From NCBI GenBank assembly GCA_950097015.1, contig CATNEN010000003.1, positions 10,912,001 through 10,976,000 of the forward strand: a DNA stretch of 64,000 nucleotides. Direction: 5' to 3'. How positions within the stretch are numbered: the first letter of the stretch is position 1; each line of letters opens with the position of its first letter. The stretch comes from Macrostomum hystrix (taxonomy: Eukaryota; Animalia; Platyhelminthes). Positions 14,438 to 27,965 of this stretch are shown piece by piece. The notes beneath the pieces are model-generated. The model made no database searches. It was given only the letters and a program-made list of their open reading frames with translations, and was not told the origin of the DNA. The position numbers were made by a program, and so were the translations under genes.

Positions 14438-15224
14438 TAGGAGGTTGTGAGAAGGGAATTTTTAAAAGTAGCAAAATGATGCACAGCGTAAGTACGAGCT
14501 CGTAATTAGATAGAGAAAGGCTATTAGAGGTGCCGCGGAAGTCTAACTGCAAGCCTGTCTGCCCTTTGGAGCGTCAAATTTTTGCTCCTATTTTCTAGGA
14601 AACACACTGACTCAGATGCAGAAGATACTGACGATACTCTACTCTAAGACTTTACTTTCTTTTGCTGGCCAAATTTCGTAGCTGAGATAATTAAAGATAG
14701 GCGAGAATGCAATTATAAAAAGGCCGCATACATACTGATGATTGGTATATACTTGTCTGACCCGGGTAACATTTACTGAACTAAAATTCAATAATCTAGT
14801 TAGTTCGAGTTGGCAAGTAAATGGTTGCTGCTTAATTTTACACTATTCCCACAACATTTCAATTTGGTACTTCTGTAGAGCGACTTCAGATCAGGAGTAG
14901 ATGATGGAATGGATGCTGGAGCTGAGTACAGGGGGGCTCAATAGGGTTACGGGTAAGAGTGACTCTACAGTCGGCTCACTTTTTATCCTGCTCAAGAGCG
15001 CGTAATTTCCCACAAGAGTTAGTTGAAAAGCTGGCTGGCTTTTATGGCAGAAAAGTGTTCGCTAAATTATTATTTTTTGAGAGGCTGGGGGAAAGAAAGC
15101 TGGCACATTTATTACAAAGAGAAAGGAGAGAGATGAAGGAAGATAAGAGAGGAGGGGAGATGATGGTAGAGGGGAGATGAGGGAGAGAGGGAAGGTGAGG
15201 GAGAGAGGGGGGATGAGGAAGAGG

Positions 15225-15800
15225 GGAGATGATGGAAATATGGGAGATGATGGAAATATGGGAGATGATGGAAATATGGGAGATGATGGAAATATGGGAG
15301 ATGATGGAAATATGGGAGATGATGGAAATACGGGAGACGATGGAAATATGGGAGATGATGGAAATATGGGATATGATGGAAATATGGGAGATGATGGAAA
15401 TATGGGAGATGATGGAAATATGGGATATGATGGAAATATAGGAGATGATGGAAATATGGGAGATGATGGAAATATGGGAGATGATGGAAATATGGGAGAT
15501 GATGGAAATATGGGAGATGATGGAAATATGGGAGACGATGGAAATATGGGAGATGATGGAAATATGGGAGATGATGGAAATATGGGAAATGATGGAAATA
15601 TGGGATATGATGGAAATATGGGAGACGATGGAAATATGGGAGATGATGGAAATATGGGAGATGATGGAAATATATATGATGGAAATATGGGAGATGATGG
15701 AAATATAGGAGATGATGGAAATATGGGAGACGATGGAAATATGGGAGATGATGGAGATATGGGAGACGATGGAAATATGGGAGAGATGGGAGATGATGGA
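15225..15800. repeat. 18-bp minisatellite GGGAGATGATGGAAATAT
   Basis: Direct tandem array. Confidence 0.96.
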
Positions 15801-16354
15801 GAGAGGGCAAGTAGCCTACCTTAGCTACCTTTGTTGTCAATTGTGTTGACATTGCAAACTGCACAGTTTATTGTTAAGCCTTCACTCAATTCGGCATTGA
15901 GCAGGCTGGAACGGAGGTGTCAGTTTACAAAAGCTCAAATTTTTGCCAGGCTTTTAATTTTTTCATGCGCAGTTGATTTTTTTACTCTTAAAAAAGTCGG
16001 CTTTACTTGTCTTACCGACGCAAAAAATGGCCTCATTAAGTAGGCAGGAAAACATGTCTTTAGCATCCAATTCTTAATGTTAGGAAAAAACTGAAATTTG
16101 GACAACGAAAACTTGGAATGGTCTCAAATTAGATCACATTCCATCCCAAGCAGTCCTTAGAATTGAGATGAGAAAGTTTGACAAAAAACAAACGACTTAT
16201 AATAAGATGCAAAACGCAAGCCAGTGTGACAAATTCTGGCCTTTGTTGAAAAACAGCAAGCTTTTTCTGAGAATTCATTCGGTCTTTTTCAAAGATGTAA
16301 GCTGTAGCTATCTTTTAATTGGTTTCCGAAGTTATTTGAGATCGTTTAGGGGAC

Positions 16355-17075
16355 CCTCAGTGGGATTCTACACCGCTACGATCCTTGAACGTTCAATGGG
16401 ATTCTACTCCCCTACGAGCCATAAACCTTCAGTGGGATTCTACTCCCCTACGATCCCTAAACCTTCAGTGGGATTCTACTCCCCTACGATCCCTAAACCT
16501 TCAGTGGGATTCTACTCCCCTACGATCCCTAAACCTTCAGTGGGATTTTACTCCCCTTACGATCCCTAAACCTTCAGTGGGATTCTACTCCCCTACGATC
16601 CCTAAACCTTCAGTGGGATTCTACTCCCCTACGATCCCTGAGCATTCAGTGGGATTCTACCTCCCTACGAGCCCTGAACCTTCAGTGGGATTCTACTCCC
16701 CTACGAGCCCTGAACCTTCAGTGGGATTCTACCTCCCTACGAGCCCTGAACCTTCAGTGGGATTCTACTCCCCTACGATCCCTGAGCATTCAGTGGGATT
16801 CTACCTCCCTACGAGCCCTGAACCTTCAGTGGGATTCTACCTCCCTACGAGCCCTGAACCTTCAGTGGGATTCTACCTCCCTACGAGCCCTGAACCTTCA
16901 GTGGGATTCTACTCCCCTACGAGCCCTGAACCTTCAGTGGGATTCTACTCCCCTACGATCCCTGAGCATTCAGTGGGATTCTACTCCCCTACGATCCCTG
17001 AACCTTCAGTGGGATTCTACTCCCCTACGATCCCTGAGCATTCAGTGGGATTCTACTCCCCTACGATCCCTGAGT
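16355..17075 (+). repeat. 36-bp minisatellite TTCAGTGGGATTCTACTCCCCTACGATCCCTGAACC (left arm of an inverted pair)
   Basis: Direct tandem array; reverse complement of the array at 18368-19168. Confidence 0.97.
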
Positions 17076-17909
17076 ATTTCCCTAATTTCTCTGTCCTGGA
17101 AATTTTGGCAATATTCTAATTAGCCAAGTAAGAGACAGTGGTATAGTTTTTTATTTCGTGAAAAAATGCTTGAGTCCTTAACCTGATCAGTAAGGCATGT
17201 TAAACTCGGGGCCAATTAAGCAGTGGTTGTCTACTTAGCCTCTAGTGTTTTCCTCTCCTGCCTGTTCGTGTTTCTTCTTTTTGAAAGCAGATCAGAAAAA
17301 AAATGCTTTTGCATCGTTTTGTTTTTTAAATAGATGCTTTGCGTGTCGCAGTTTTTGCTAGTGACGCGAAGGCCAATCAAAAACAGAAACAAATCAATTG
17401 GAAACTCGGACTGAACAAAGATTTGAGTTTGAGAAACAGAAGCAATAGGACGGCGGGGGGGAATTTATTAATTTTTCCTGCTTGCTTTTACAGTCTGACT
17501 GTGGCAAGAAATTTTCCGTACACACAAAATTACAGAACAAAGTCAAACAGTGCAGCCTGGGATTTGAAGGGCCGGTTTATTTACTCTTCTGCCCTCAATA
17601 CCCTGACACCTTAACTGTTGGCTAAGTTTTTTTCGGTGCAATGTCTTGTGCTTCATATATATTAGACTCCACTACAGAAGTTTAATAACGAAAGGTAGAG
17701 CTTGCAGGGATTTCAACTCAAAGAAATTTTATTTCCTCTCGAGCTTGAATAGTATAGTATCAATTTCTGCTATTTTTAATATAAAAAAAGAAAAGTTATG
17801 AAACGAAAATACTAAAAATGGTCACGTAGGTCAGGATTTGCTGAGTCACTAAGGGACAAAAATAATCTCTAGAGTTGACAACTTAACCTGACACAATTAT
17901 GAGAATGGT

Positions 17910-19168
17910 TACGGGGGGTTAAAGCCCACTGAAGCTTTGGGAATGGGAATAAAATCCCATTGAAGGTTTAGTTATGGGAATGGAATCCCACTGAAGGTTT
18001 AGTTATGGGAATGGAATCCCACTGAAGCTTTGGGAATGGGAATAAAATCCCATTGAAGGTTTAGTTACGGGAATAGAACCCCACTGAAGGTTTAGTTATG
18101 GGAATGGAATCCCACTGAAGCTTTGGGAATGGGAATAAAATCCCATTTAAGGTTTAGTTATGGGAATGGAATCCCACTGAAGGTTTAGTTATGGGAATAG
18201 AATCCCACTGAAGGTTCAGTTATAGGAATGGAATCCCACTGAAGGTTTAGTTATGGGAATGGAATCCCACTGAAGGTTTAGTTATGGGAATAGAACCCCA
18301 CTGAAGGTTCAGTTATAGGAATGGAATCCCACTGAAGGTTTAGTTATGGGAATGGAATCCCACTGAAGGTTCAGGGATCGTAGGGGGGGTACTGAAGGTC
18401 CAGACACTGAAGGCTCAGGGATCGTATGGGAGTAGAATCCCACTGAATGCTCAGGGATCGTAGGGGAATAGAATCCCACTGAAGGTTCAGGGATCGTAGG
18501 GGAGTAGAATCCCACTGAAGGTTCAGGGATCGTAGGGGAGTAGAATCCCACTGAAGGTTCAGGGATCGTAGGGGAGTAGAATCCCACTGAAGGTTCAGGG
18601 ATCGTAGGGGAGTAGAATCCCACTGAAGGTTCAGGGATCGTAGGGGAGTAGAATCCCACTGAAGGTTCAGGGATCGTAGGGGAGTAGAATCCCACTGAAT
18701 GCTCAGGGATCGTAGGGGAGTAGAATCCCACTGAATGCTCAGGGATCGTAGGGGAGTAGAATCCCACTGAATGCTCAGGGATCGTAGGGGAGTAGAATCC
18801 CACTGAATGCTCAGGGATCGTAGGGGAGTAGAATCCCACTGAATGCTCAGGGATCGTAGGGGAGTAGAATCCCACTGAAGGTTCAGGGATCGTAGGGGAG
18901 TAGAATCCCACTGAATGCTCAGGGATCGTAGGGGAGTAGAATCCCACTGAATGCTCAGGGATCGTAGGGGAGTAGAATCCCACTGAATGCTCAGGGATCG
19001 TAGGGGAGTAGAATCCCACTGAATGCTCAGGGATCGTAGGGGAGTAGAATCCCACTGAAGGTTCAGGGCTCGTAGGGAGGTAGAATCCCACTGAAGGTTC
19101 AGGGATCGTAGGGGAGTAGAATCCCACTGAATGCTCAGGGATCGTAGGGGAGTAGAATCCCACTGAAT
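17910..19168 (-). repeat. Same 36-bp minisatellite in inverted orientation (18368-19168), preceded by a derived unit of about 31 bp (17910-18367)
   Basis: Unit GGTTCAGGGATCGTAGGGGAGTAGAATCCCACTGAA. Confidence 0.97.
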
Positions 19169-19759
19169 GATTAACTCAGGCATTAGTAATGCCTATCTAG
19201 ATTCCGTTTGCAAACTCAGAGGACGAAAGAAGCAATACTGGAGTTTGAGTAGAGAGCAGGGAGAGAACTGGAGAATAAATTTGGCGGCAAAATGAGCTTT
19301 CAAAAGGTGAAATCGGAGACACTTGACGCCAAAAACTCAGTGAGTCTGCTGAAGGACTCAGTGAGTCACTCAGGCCACTATATACAGAGCTTTCACTTCC
19401 CACTCAGCATATCCTCTCCATCTCTTTCGGCCTGCCAAAAAGGTGAGCTTCAGCTGCTCGTGTTTGTGTTGCTTGTTTGAAATTGTTTTTAATTATTCAA
19501 AGCTTTGCCTGGCGTGCAGCTGAAAGACAGTAAAAAGGTTGGACCTCTCAGTTTAATAATAATGAAATACATTGTGTTCTCATTTTTGCCGTGGGTTAGC
19601 CTATCTTGTTTAAAATTCCCACTTTTTGATCAATTCAAAAAATTCCCTAAGGAAAAAATATGTAAAATCTCTTTCATATTGCATCCCTTTCTGCTTTGAA
19701 AAGACAATATGAATAATAAACTATAATAAACCCTTTGGTACCTTATCTGATGACCTGTA

Positions 19760-20765
19760 AAACAGGATTATCTATCTGTTAGTCAGGGTTATATACTGTT
19801 AGACAGGATTAAATAACTGCTAGGCAAGTTGACAAATGAAGCTACCTGTTAGACAGATAAAGCTACCTGTTAGACAAGAGAAGCTACCTGTTAGACAAGA
19901 GAAGCTACCTGTTAGACAGATAAAGCTACCTGTTAGACAAGAGAAGCTACCTGTTAGACAAGAGAAGCTACCTGTTAGACAAGAGAAGCTACCTGTTAGA
20001 CAAGTGAAGCTACCTGTTGGACAAGTGAAGCTAGCTATTAGACAAGAGAAGCTACCTGTTAGACAGATAAAGCTACCTGTTAGACAAGAGAAGCTACCTG
20101 TTAGACAAGAGAAGCTACCTGTTAGACAGATAAAGCTACCTGTTAGACAAGAGAAGCTACCTGTTAGACAAGAGAAGCTACCTGTTAGACAAGAGAAGCT
20201 ACCTGTTAGACAAGTGAAGCTACCTGTTAGACAAGTGAAGCTAGCTATTAGACAAGAGAAGCTACCTGTTAGACAGATAAAGCTACCTGTTAGACAAGAG
20301 AAGCTACCTGTTAGACAAGAGAAGCTACCTGTTAGACAAGAGAAGCTACCTGTTAGACAAGTGAAGCTACCTGTTAGACAAGTGAAGCTAGCTATTAGAC
20401 AAGAGAAGCTACTTCCTACTTGTTAGACAAGAGAAGCTACTTGTTAGACAAGAGAAGCTACCTGTTAGACAAGTGAAGCTACCTGTTAGACAAGAGAAGC
20501 TACCTGTTAGACAAGAGAAGCTACCTGTTAGACAAGAGAAGCTACCTGTTAGACAAGAGAAGCTACCTGTTAGACAAGAGAAGCTACCTGTTAGACAAGA
20601 GAAGCTACCTGTTAGACAAGAGAAGCTACCTGTTGGACAAGTAAAGCTACCTGTTAGACAATATAATCGACATGTTGGACAAATGAAGCTACCTGTTAGA
20701 CAAGTGGAGCTTCCTGTTAGACAGTTTAAATTATCTGTTAGACCGGTGAATCTACCTTCTTGACA
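19760..20765. repeat. 21-bp minisatellite GAGAAGCTACCTGTTAGACAA
   Basis: Direct tandem array with degenerate edges. Confidence 0.96.
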
Positions 20766-21344
20766 GGTAAAAATCGGTAGGTCACTATAAAGTTGATTGA
20801 TTAATTTCTCTCAAAGTTGACATCTCTGTTTTTTATTTGTTAGCTTCAGTTTTCTCCGACAAAAGCGTGCAGAGCTGTCTTTGCGGCGTTATGTCACGCA
20901 GATCCCATTGGGAATATCTTCCCAAATTACCAGTGCTGTACAAGCAAATCTGTGAACAGCATTCGCCATGTTTTAGATTGCGAAAGCAAGATCTATAACA
21001 GAGCATCCTTCAATATTTTCGCTATGGGATTAGCGATAGCATGAGGAACCACAGGTGAACGTGTCAGTCAAATTTATGCTCCTATACGGATAATTTTCCC
21101 AGAAGGGATTTTCGCGAGAAAAAAATGTGCTAATATAGTTTCCTCCTATTCTTCAGGCATAAATAGAAATTTTAGCCTTTGGTCTGCGCTTTTAAAAGGG
21201 CAGAAACAGAAAGCTATGTTCACGGCCCTATTCGCAGTCCAAAAGCAATTGAAAATATGCAACACATTCTAAAATAACTCATATCTTAAATGAACAAGCG
21301 AACAGGTGGCCGACAGGCTAAATCTTTACATGTTATCAAGTTTA

Positions 21345-21560
21345 TCAAACAGGTGAAATCCTTGTCTAACAGGCAAAATACACATCTAACAGGTGAATTC
21401 CTTATCTAACAGGTGAAATTCTTATCTAACAGGTGAAATTCTTATCTAACAGGTGAAATTCTAATCTAACAGGTGAAATTATTATCTAACAGGTGAAATT
21501 CTTATCTAATGGGTAAAATCCTTGTCAAACCTGGGTAAAATCCTTATCCAAACAGGTGAA
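21345..21560. repeat. 20-bp minisatellite TCTAACAGGTGAAATTCTTA
   Basis: Direct tandem array. Confidence 0.93.
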
Positions 21561-22064
21561 ATAACTATTTAACACAGTTATTTAATACATTGTCAAAATG
21601 TATAATCCATTTATCCCACATTTGACAGCTTATCCGCTAAGCTAAAAAGTTTAAAAAGTGTAGCATTTCATACCTGAATTAGGTCTGCATTTAAAGACGA
21701 ATACCTTATATTCTCAAATTCGACAACAGGAAATACGAAATAGGTAATAAACATCGAAAGTCAAGCGTGTCTGAAAAAAAACGACTTTTTACAAAATGCA
21801 AAGAACGTTTACGTTTCAAAATTGCCTATACATATATATTGTTTCAACAACAAAGCCGACGACTTCTTATAAACTGTTCATTGTTTTCCTTATTTGCTTG
21901 CAGGCGATACATTCGCTTTTAAAAATCTATTGACAAGCTGTCAATCAATCATGTCTTTCATAGTCTACTTGTTTTTTACTCGACTTATAAAAAACCTATA
22001 GATACTGCATGGTACTTGTTTCATTGTTATAATTTTTATATACTATATATTATAGATCTAACTC

Positions 22065-22300
22065 ATTTGCCTCTCGCACCGAGGTCCCTGAGCTCGATTC
22101 CGCGGCGAGGCCACATTAACTTGTGCAATTTACGCCCTTGAGGGCCAACCTTCAAAGCACAGTGAGAGTGTACACTGCCTGACGATGAGAAAGTCAGGGC
22201 AGATGTACACACCTGTGTGAGCTTGTGCCTGCGAACGGTATCTGAGTGCGTGTGTCTCAGGAGTCAGCGAAATGCTAGTGTCACCAAATAATGTGCCAAT
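22065..22300 (+). mobile_element. SINE family A copy
   Basis: Shares GGTCCCTGAGCTCGATTCCGCGGCGAGGCCAC and GTGTACACTGCCTGACGATGAGAAAGTCAGGGCAGATGTACAC with 44956-45262. Confidence 0.8.
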
Positions 22301-22774
22301 GCCAACAACCCTCCCAATATATATTGAAATCGCTAATTACATTTAATTCTAGTGAAGTCTTTGTCTCCATTAATATAAATAAGGTATATAACAAGCTTAC
22401 AGATTTAATCATGTTAAGCATATGTCAAGCCTCCTATAGAGCGTAAGAAATTGGTGGAACATGCCAAATTCGTTCTATCAAAGTTGGAACGCGACATATT
22501 AACCCCTTAAACGGAGTTTAGTGACGTCACGTTACCAAGGCTAATACTCAATATAATGCAATTACATGGAAATCTAAGTTTTCCACTAATTTTCCTCTTT
22601 CATCATTTTCTTCTCTTTGTTAGCGCCGAAAACCTGGCAAATCGCAATAGTGTGCTTGTGTGCTCAACCAGTGCTCAACATGCTTCACTGATCTCAAAAC
22701 ACAAACGGCTGTGTCTGTGTGCCACAGCCTAATAAACTGCATGATTAACCCTATACTGGCAACCATCACGCGAG

Positions 22775-23095
22775 ACTGAGTTAGATTCTCGAAGAGACTG
22801 GGTAGATTCTCAAAGATAGTGGGTAGATTCTCGAAGATAGTGGGTAGATTCTCGAAGATAGTGGGTAGATTCTCGAAGATATAGTGGGTAGATTCTCGAA
22901 GATAGTGGGTAGATTCTCGAAGATAGTGGGTAGATTCTCGAAGAGACAGATTCTGGAATATACTAGGTAGATTCTCGAAGAGACTGGGTAGATTCTCGAA
23001 TAGACTAGGCAGATTCTCGAAGATACGAAGATACGAAGATCTCGTAGTTTGTAGATTCTTGAGGAGACTGGGTAGATTGGATAGACTGGATAGAT
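22775..23095. repeat. 21-bp minisatellite GGGTAGATTCTCGAAGATAGT
   Basis: Direct tandem array. Confidence 0.92.
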
Positions 23096-26000
23096 AACTA
23101 TGACTTTATACTTATAAGGCCCTCAATTGGATTAGGGGGAGCCTGTGTTGGATGACTTTACATGCGGCAGCAAAGACATAGAAATGGACAGCGTAAAACA
23201 GAAGTGTGATGTGTCATGTGCGCGCGCGTGGTGGGACTTAACACGCAGTTTTAAGATAAGGCCCTCTAGCCGACTAGAAATTACCGAGAGTGGGTCATAA
23301 AATTTAACGTCAATAGCTCACGCCAGCATTCATTGGCTGGGCTGGGAGAGCTCTTAGGTCTGGATGAGTGAGGGGTGTGAGGAAAGGGGGCTCCAGCACC
23401 GTCTGTTCATGCTTTGAAGCATCAGCAGCCGAAGTCCCAGCTAAGCCCTGTTGTTGTCTGTGTTCTGTTCTGTTTGTCTTACGCTGTTTGAGAGGGTTTG
23501 GAGGGTCTCGCGTGTGCTGTAAAAAACGCCCCGTGCAGGTCTCCAATTCCCAAGCCGAGCCATCTGTCTGTCTGTCTGATTGAACCGAGGAGTCATCCTT
23601 TTTTAGATCAGACGAGAGTTTTCCCGTTTAACTTTTCGCTTTCTCCCTGGTGCGCTCACGTCTATCCCACTTAAGCTGTGAACTGAATTTAACCAAGATT
23701 ACCAAGTGGTGGAGTTAAATTATGGGCTATTCGAATGTTTCAAGTAGATAAATGTATATTATTGCCTTTTTTCATAGATTGTTGCTCCATGTTTTTATCG
23801 CCTCTTTGTTCCAAGCTTAGAAGATAAACATAAAAAATAATGGAGGGAACAATTAAAAGCAAAGAACTAAAACTGCTTACTCACTCCAAATCCCAATTCA
23901 TCCAATTCATCCCAATCCAATGCATCCAGGACCCTTAAACTCGAATGAGAATGGACCTATTCGAATTTCAAACCGTCCATTTATCATCCCACTTCTGTCT
24001 GAATCGGCCCATTTCTTATTGTTATTTATCAGTTTTTTTCTACTCAACCTTTAACTTGCAACTGACTGGTTGGGCTCGCTCATACTATAAGCCATTTCGG
24101 CAATCGTACGAGCCGTATTTTATTATGGAAAGCTTTAGTCCAGCTGTAAAATTTATGGCAGCGATTAAGGCTTGGCGTTGATGGTGGGCGGGGCTTTCGT
24201 GCCAGCCTGAGTGGGCTGGTGGGGTGGCGGGTGTTCTTTGGGCTGTTTGGGCTCGGCCAGCCCGGATGAAAACACCAAACAGCCCGGCCCTCCCCATCCC
24301 ACCACCCCCCACTAACTTGTGGCGCAAGTGGCGAAGTGTGAACACGGAGGGGTGTTCAATATGGGGTTCTGATAGCTTGGAAAGGAATGAATTAATAGCC
24401 CCCTCACTCTAGAATCTGAACTGTGCTGAATGGCGAGTATTTATCAATAGATAATGGATAATGGAATGCCCCTATTAGGCTATTAGCAGATCATTAATCA
24501 GGCTAACACTTATTATTAATCGTTGGCTTCCTCTCTTCCCCCACTCACACCAGCTACACTGTTGGTTTTGAAGAAAACAAAAAGCCAAAAAAACTAAACC
24601 ATTTGGGGACTGGGGAGTTTTCAAAGTGTTGGATGCCAGAAATCTCTGCCATGCCATACTATTTTTATCCCTCTACTGAATAATACTACTGTCATTCATC
24701 AATTCACAATCAACAGACAACTAAAGGGAATAAAGTGGAGCTTCAAAGAATATTCTTATTCCACAGATATTGACAGGGAATCAAATCCAACCGAGGGTTT
24801 ATAGGGAAAAAAGTAAGAGGAGATTTAGCAACAGGTGGAAGTCATTCGATTCACTTGAACCTAAATATCCTGCGGGATGGGATCCTGTGAAATAGGATCC
24901 CCAATGCCTTCGAAAAGAAAATTCTAAAAAAATAAATTTAGATAGAAAATAAAGACCGAATCTAAAGCACAGCAACGGAAAGTAATAAAAGAAAAATAAT
25001 CCAATGGCCCCAGGCCAAATAGCAAAGGTGAAACAGCTTGAATGAAAAAAGTGTATAGTTGGCTACCACTTTTCCCGTTTCCCGTCAGTCCCACCTGAAT
25101 ATTTCCTGTACATCCCAATTTCCCACATTGGGACATTGAATGACTCATTGGTAAGACATTAAACTATATTTTATCTAAAATAGCCAGGTATATATTTTAT
25201 CTATAATAGCCAGGTATACAATGAGATATCAGGACTTCCAATAGACAGGCATTAAAATCCAACGTTTCCTGTACTACAAAATCCTAAAAAATGCCACCAT
25301 TTTCCCACTATTGTCTGTTATATAGGGATGTTTACAGTTGATGACATTTGGGGAGGAGTTTTATAGTGTTGCTTAACTGACCACAGAAATTTACTTTATA
25401 TATGCTTTGCACAGAAAAATATGCACACAGTTAGATAGTTTGCAACAAACTGCATATTATTAACATTGATCTGAGAAAGATAACGAGAGGAGAGAAAAGC
25501 ATACCCAAACCTGGTGTGTGACTTTGATTAAGGTTTACTTTAAAGTACTTTAAATTTTGTGGACTATTTTGGGAGCTTTGATTTGATTTGAAGCTTTGGA
25601 ATGCTGATAGGGAGGACGAGATTTCAAGTCTTAGCTAAAAGGGAAAGTATTTGTGTTTATCTTAAATTGAATGCTTGATCGATATTAAGTGTACATAATG
25701 TACATAGAACTTAAAAATATTGAGCCAAACGTACGTCAGAGTGTACATAGCATATTTCCTACCCCTCTTTTGCACTTTTCCCATTGGCTGGCCAATAAAA
25801 AACGTTTTAAGAAGCAATAAAATTTTGATTGCTCACCGCTGTAGCAGACGAGAATTGCAGCCCAGATGAATGCTAGAGCGTCCGGCATTTTTACACGCTG
25901 TTGAACGAACTGCGAAACCAATAATTCAGTAGCAGTAACGGCCGCAGCAGCTACAACTTCTTTCGCCGCAAATTTCTATTTGACGAATACGCCCTTTACA

Positions 26001-27224
26001 CCATGCACAACAATCTGAAATGAAAATTTCGACAATATTGCAGCTGTCAATTTTGTTGTTGCCATGGAGACAACGTGACAAAACTGAACGCTTGCACGCA
26101 AATAAAATAATGTTAAAATAAAGTGGTGTAAAAATTTCATGTTTAATCTGACATAACTAAATAATTCGACCACAATGGGAATGGATGGAGGGGGCTGAGA
26201 GGGTGACAAGCATCTGCTTCTGAATTCCATTGTTTCCTCTCATACGCCGCTGAAGAATTATTAAGAACGAGGCCAATTCTTTCAAGTTTTCCTGTCAAGT
26301 CATGGCCTTGCCCACACTAACAATGGAAGATATAGATCGTTTGAGACTATGATTATGTAATATTCAACACTTTCTTCTGTCCCGGGTGTGGTAATATTTG
26401 CCATGCGTCTTTTTCTAAGAGTTTTATTAGTATTTTTTCTTTAATAAATTCCTTGCATTCCAGTATGACTGCAGTATAAGAATAAAGGTTCCTTGCATAG
26501 ATACCGAAATAAAGCGAAAAAATAAGTTAATCCTAGATCGCGGTCGTGACCTTGGGACATTTTTATCCCATATAGATACTAAGGTTTATAATTAACCTGC
26601 AATCTGATCATTACTTTCATTTCCTGTGTATTTATACATACCTGCATAACAGTATTAATGAACCCAGAAATGATCTTCCGTATTCATATAGCTGTAATCT
26701 ATTTTCCGGTTTCAGTGCCAAAGGAAAATAAATCCCCTATTATAGTTAAATATCGATATTCATTGTTATTACGAGCTACTTCATCCCGTGGACGTCAGGA
26801 CACGGAACGAAATATGAATTGTGAATTCACTCACTATAACCTGACAATATTCTATTGTTTTTTACAATCATTCATTCATTCGATGCTTGTCAAATGTGAC
26901 ACAATGCGTGGGTTTTTTAAAAAAAAAGATCAAAGAGTAAAAACTGTTCTCTAGATTATTGCGTCGATTCAGGAAATGAGTTCCAGACAAAAAGAAAGCA
27001 GTTCATGTAATCTAGGTTATAGGATTTCTAGATCGCTACTAAGGGATATATGGGATTTGGGATCCCCACTGGGAAAGGGCTATTGAGGATTCAACCCGAT
27101 GACCCAGGTGATATGGGGTTCGATTAAGCGAACAAGGATTCGGAATACCATACCGGAGGTTAAGATTCGGTTCCCATAATCTGGGATTCGATTTGTAAAG
27201 GATGTGAGGGATTTAAACACGGAG

Positions 27225-27560
27225 AGTAGGAATTTGGGATTCTAATTTGGAAAGTTGGGATTTGGGATTCTACTGGGAAAGTAGGGATTTGGGATTCTAC
27301 TGGGAAAGCTGGGATTTGGGATTCTATTGGGAAAGCTGGGATTTGGGATTCTACTGGGAAAGCTGGGATTTGGGATTCTATTGGGAAAGCTGGGATTTGG
27401 GATTCTACTGGGAAAGCTGGGATTTGGGATTCTACTGGGAAAGTTGGGATTTGGGATTCTACTGGGAAAGCTGGGATTTGGGATTCTAGTCGCGGAGAGG
27501 GGAGATTCGAGATCTAAACTTGGAAAGTTGGGATTCGGGATCTAAACATGGAGAGTCGGG
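27225..27560. repeat. 27-bp minisatellite GGGAAAGCTGGGATTTGGGATTCTACT
   Basis: Direct tandem array. Confidence 0.95.
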
Positions 27561-27965
27561 ATTTGAAATTTCCCACATTGAGAATAGGCATTTGTGATTC
27601 TACCACTTCCCAAGTTTGATTTGGGATTTATACAAGTCATTCTATTTGTCTTGAATCGATAAATTAAAAATTAATGATAGAACAGCTTTTGTTGGAACCG
27701 CCTGCATCTAAGACTCTAAAAGCTCCACTGTATGGTAATTCAGATTGGTTTTTACACCTTTTGATAGACCGCGGGCAGTCAAAGAAAATTGATTGTTTCT
27801 TGATTGACTTGCTGCTTCTATGTGGTATCTGAAGTGTGCCACATTGTGACTTGAGCAGCAATGAGTTCTTCAAATATGTAAATTGCTACTTTAATTATTG
27901 TATAATAGTTATTATATCGTACCATTGTACAAACTCTACGATATTCTCATATTAGTATGACTCAC

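Noticed and set aside
16355-19168. 36-bp partly palindromic repeats as a CRISPR array
   Set aside because: The units are contiguous with no unique spacers, there are no cas genes, and the context is eukaryotic.
19178-19200. Helitron 3' end (hairpin AGGCATTA-G-TAATGCCT followed by CTAG)
   Set aside because: Only 2 nt separate the hairpin from CTAG, the next base is not T, and no second copy is present.
22775-23095. Heat-shock element array (TTCTCGAA in each unit)
   Set aside because: Only two inverted pentamers per unit, short of a canonical three-unit HSE, and the multiplicity is explained by tandem amplification.
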